Positions 38,248 through 38,746 of a DNA stretch of 38,746 bases are shown here, piece after piece. The stretch comes from a virus. Lineage: Duplodnaviria > Heunggongvirae > Uroviricota > Caudoviricetes. The stretch is taken from positions 1-38,746 of IMG/VR virus record IMGVR_UViG_2648501400_000020; one strand, 5' to 3'. A program made the translations under genes and the position numbers. The first letter of the stretch is position 1, and each line of letters opens with the position of its first letter. The notes below the pieces were generated by a model. That model did not search any database. It was not told the DNA's origin and was given only the letters and a program-made list of their open reading frames with translations.

Positions 38248-38334
38248 TCTTTAAGAATAGATGACGACGCCAGGTTTTCCAGTTTGCGTGCAAAATGGTC
38301 AATAAAAAGCGTGGGGGTCATCAGCTTAAATGTT

Positions 38335-38378
38335 AAAAACCGCCCGTTCTGGTGAAAGAACTGAGGCGGTTTTTTATT
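38335..38378. terminator. Bidirectional rho-independent terminator between sRNA region and yebY-like gene
   Basis: accgcc...ggcggt extended hairpin with A-run upstream and T-run downstream on the plus strand. Confidence 0.6.
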
Positions 38379-38404
38379 GGAAATCAAAAGGCTATTTTAG
38401 GTAA

Positions 38405-38746
38405 TTAACAGAGTTTTTCAGCTCGCTCTATAAACGGTGCCAGACTCATTTTTTCGCCGGGATTGTTAGGATCATCAATCTGAATCACCGAAATGAGTTG
38501 GGCTTTAGTCTTCCCACTGGCAACTTCCTTTTGTGCGATATCGTTTAAAGGATACTGCACGAGGGTACTTGGGTTGATGACATACAAAGCATTACCTGGT
38601 CGGCAAGCCAGCATCACCTCTTCGCGATTAAACGCCCATTTGTCTTTACCCACTTCAAAACGGCTGACGGTAATCACCTGCGGTGCCGCCAGCGCAGCTG
38701 CAGAACTGGTGAGTAACAGAAACGCCAGAATACTTTTTTTCATCAT
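38405..38746 (-). CDS. Host-type secreted protein with signal peptide (YebY-like)
   Basis: 113 aa, N-terminal [20 protein letters not shown] signal peptide; lies outside the prophage beyond the sRNA locus. Confidence 0.5.
   Translation of the reverse strand: MMKKSILAFLLLTSSAAALAAPQVITVSRFEVGKDKWAFNREEVMLACRPGNALYVINPSTLVQYPLNDIAQKEVASGKTKAQLISVIQIDDPNNPGEKMSLAPFIERAEKLC

Noticed and set aside
38033-38302. 89-aa minus-strand ORF across the att/sRNA region
   Set aside because: TTG start, no ribosome-binding site, and it overlaps the terminator and body of the SdsR-like sRNA; the region is better explained as non-coding RNA
1-38746. CRISPR array or cas genes
   Set aside because: No series of regularly spaced identical short repeats and no Cas-like proteins; the only repeats are operator/iteron-type palindromes
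1-38746. Canonical multi-gene defence system (restriction-modification, retron, CBASS, Gabija-like, Abi with large ATPase or nuclease)
   Set aside because: No reverse transcriptase, methyltransferase, cyclase or large ATPase/nuclease outside the expected terminase, DnaC-like and RecE-like proteins; the candidate accessory loci are all small proteins

Overview
The window is almost entirely one lambdoid-type prophage, missing only its far left (tail-fibre) end. From right to left it carries a lambda-family integrase and excisionase next to a host small-RNA locus (sdsR/ryeB-like sRNA, then a yebY-like gene), a plus-strand early-left operon (Lar-like, annealing protein, RecE-like exonuclease, racC/ydaE/kilR-like small genes), an immunity region (HTH repressor divergent from a cro-like/ydaT-like pair), replication genes (O-like initiator with palindromic iterons, DnaC-like loader), a nin-like region holding a hok-family type I toxin and several small unknown genes, a Q-like antiterminator, the lysis cassette (holin, lambda R-type endolysin, Rz/Rz1), and a long minus-strand late operon (terminase, portal, capsid, contractile sheath/tube tail, tape measure, baseplate, tail fibre). 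No CRISPR array, complete tRNA or recognisable multi-gene defence system (large ATPase/nuclease/RT) was found. The best candidates for undescribed biology are a two-gene moron cassette with its own promoter and terminator inside the baseplate cluster, three unknown nin-region proteins, an AT-rich hok island with a second small membrane protein, and integration into the sdsR sRNA gene with tandem att-like repeats. All family assignments rest on reading the translations and on gene order; none was checked against a database.
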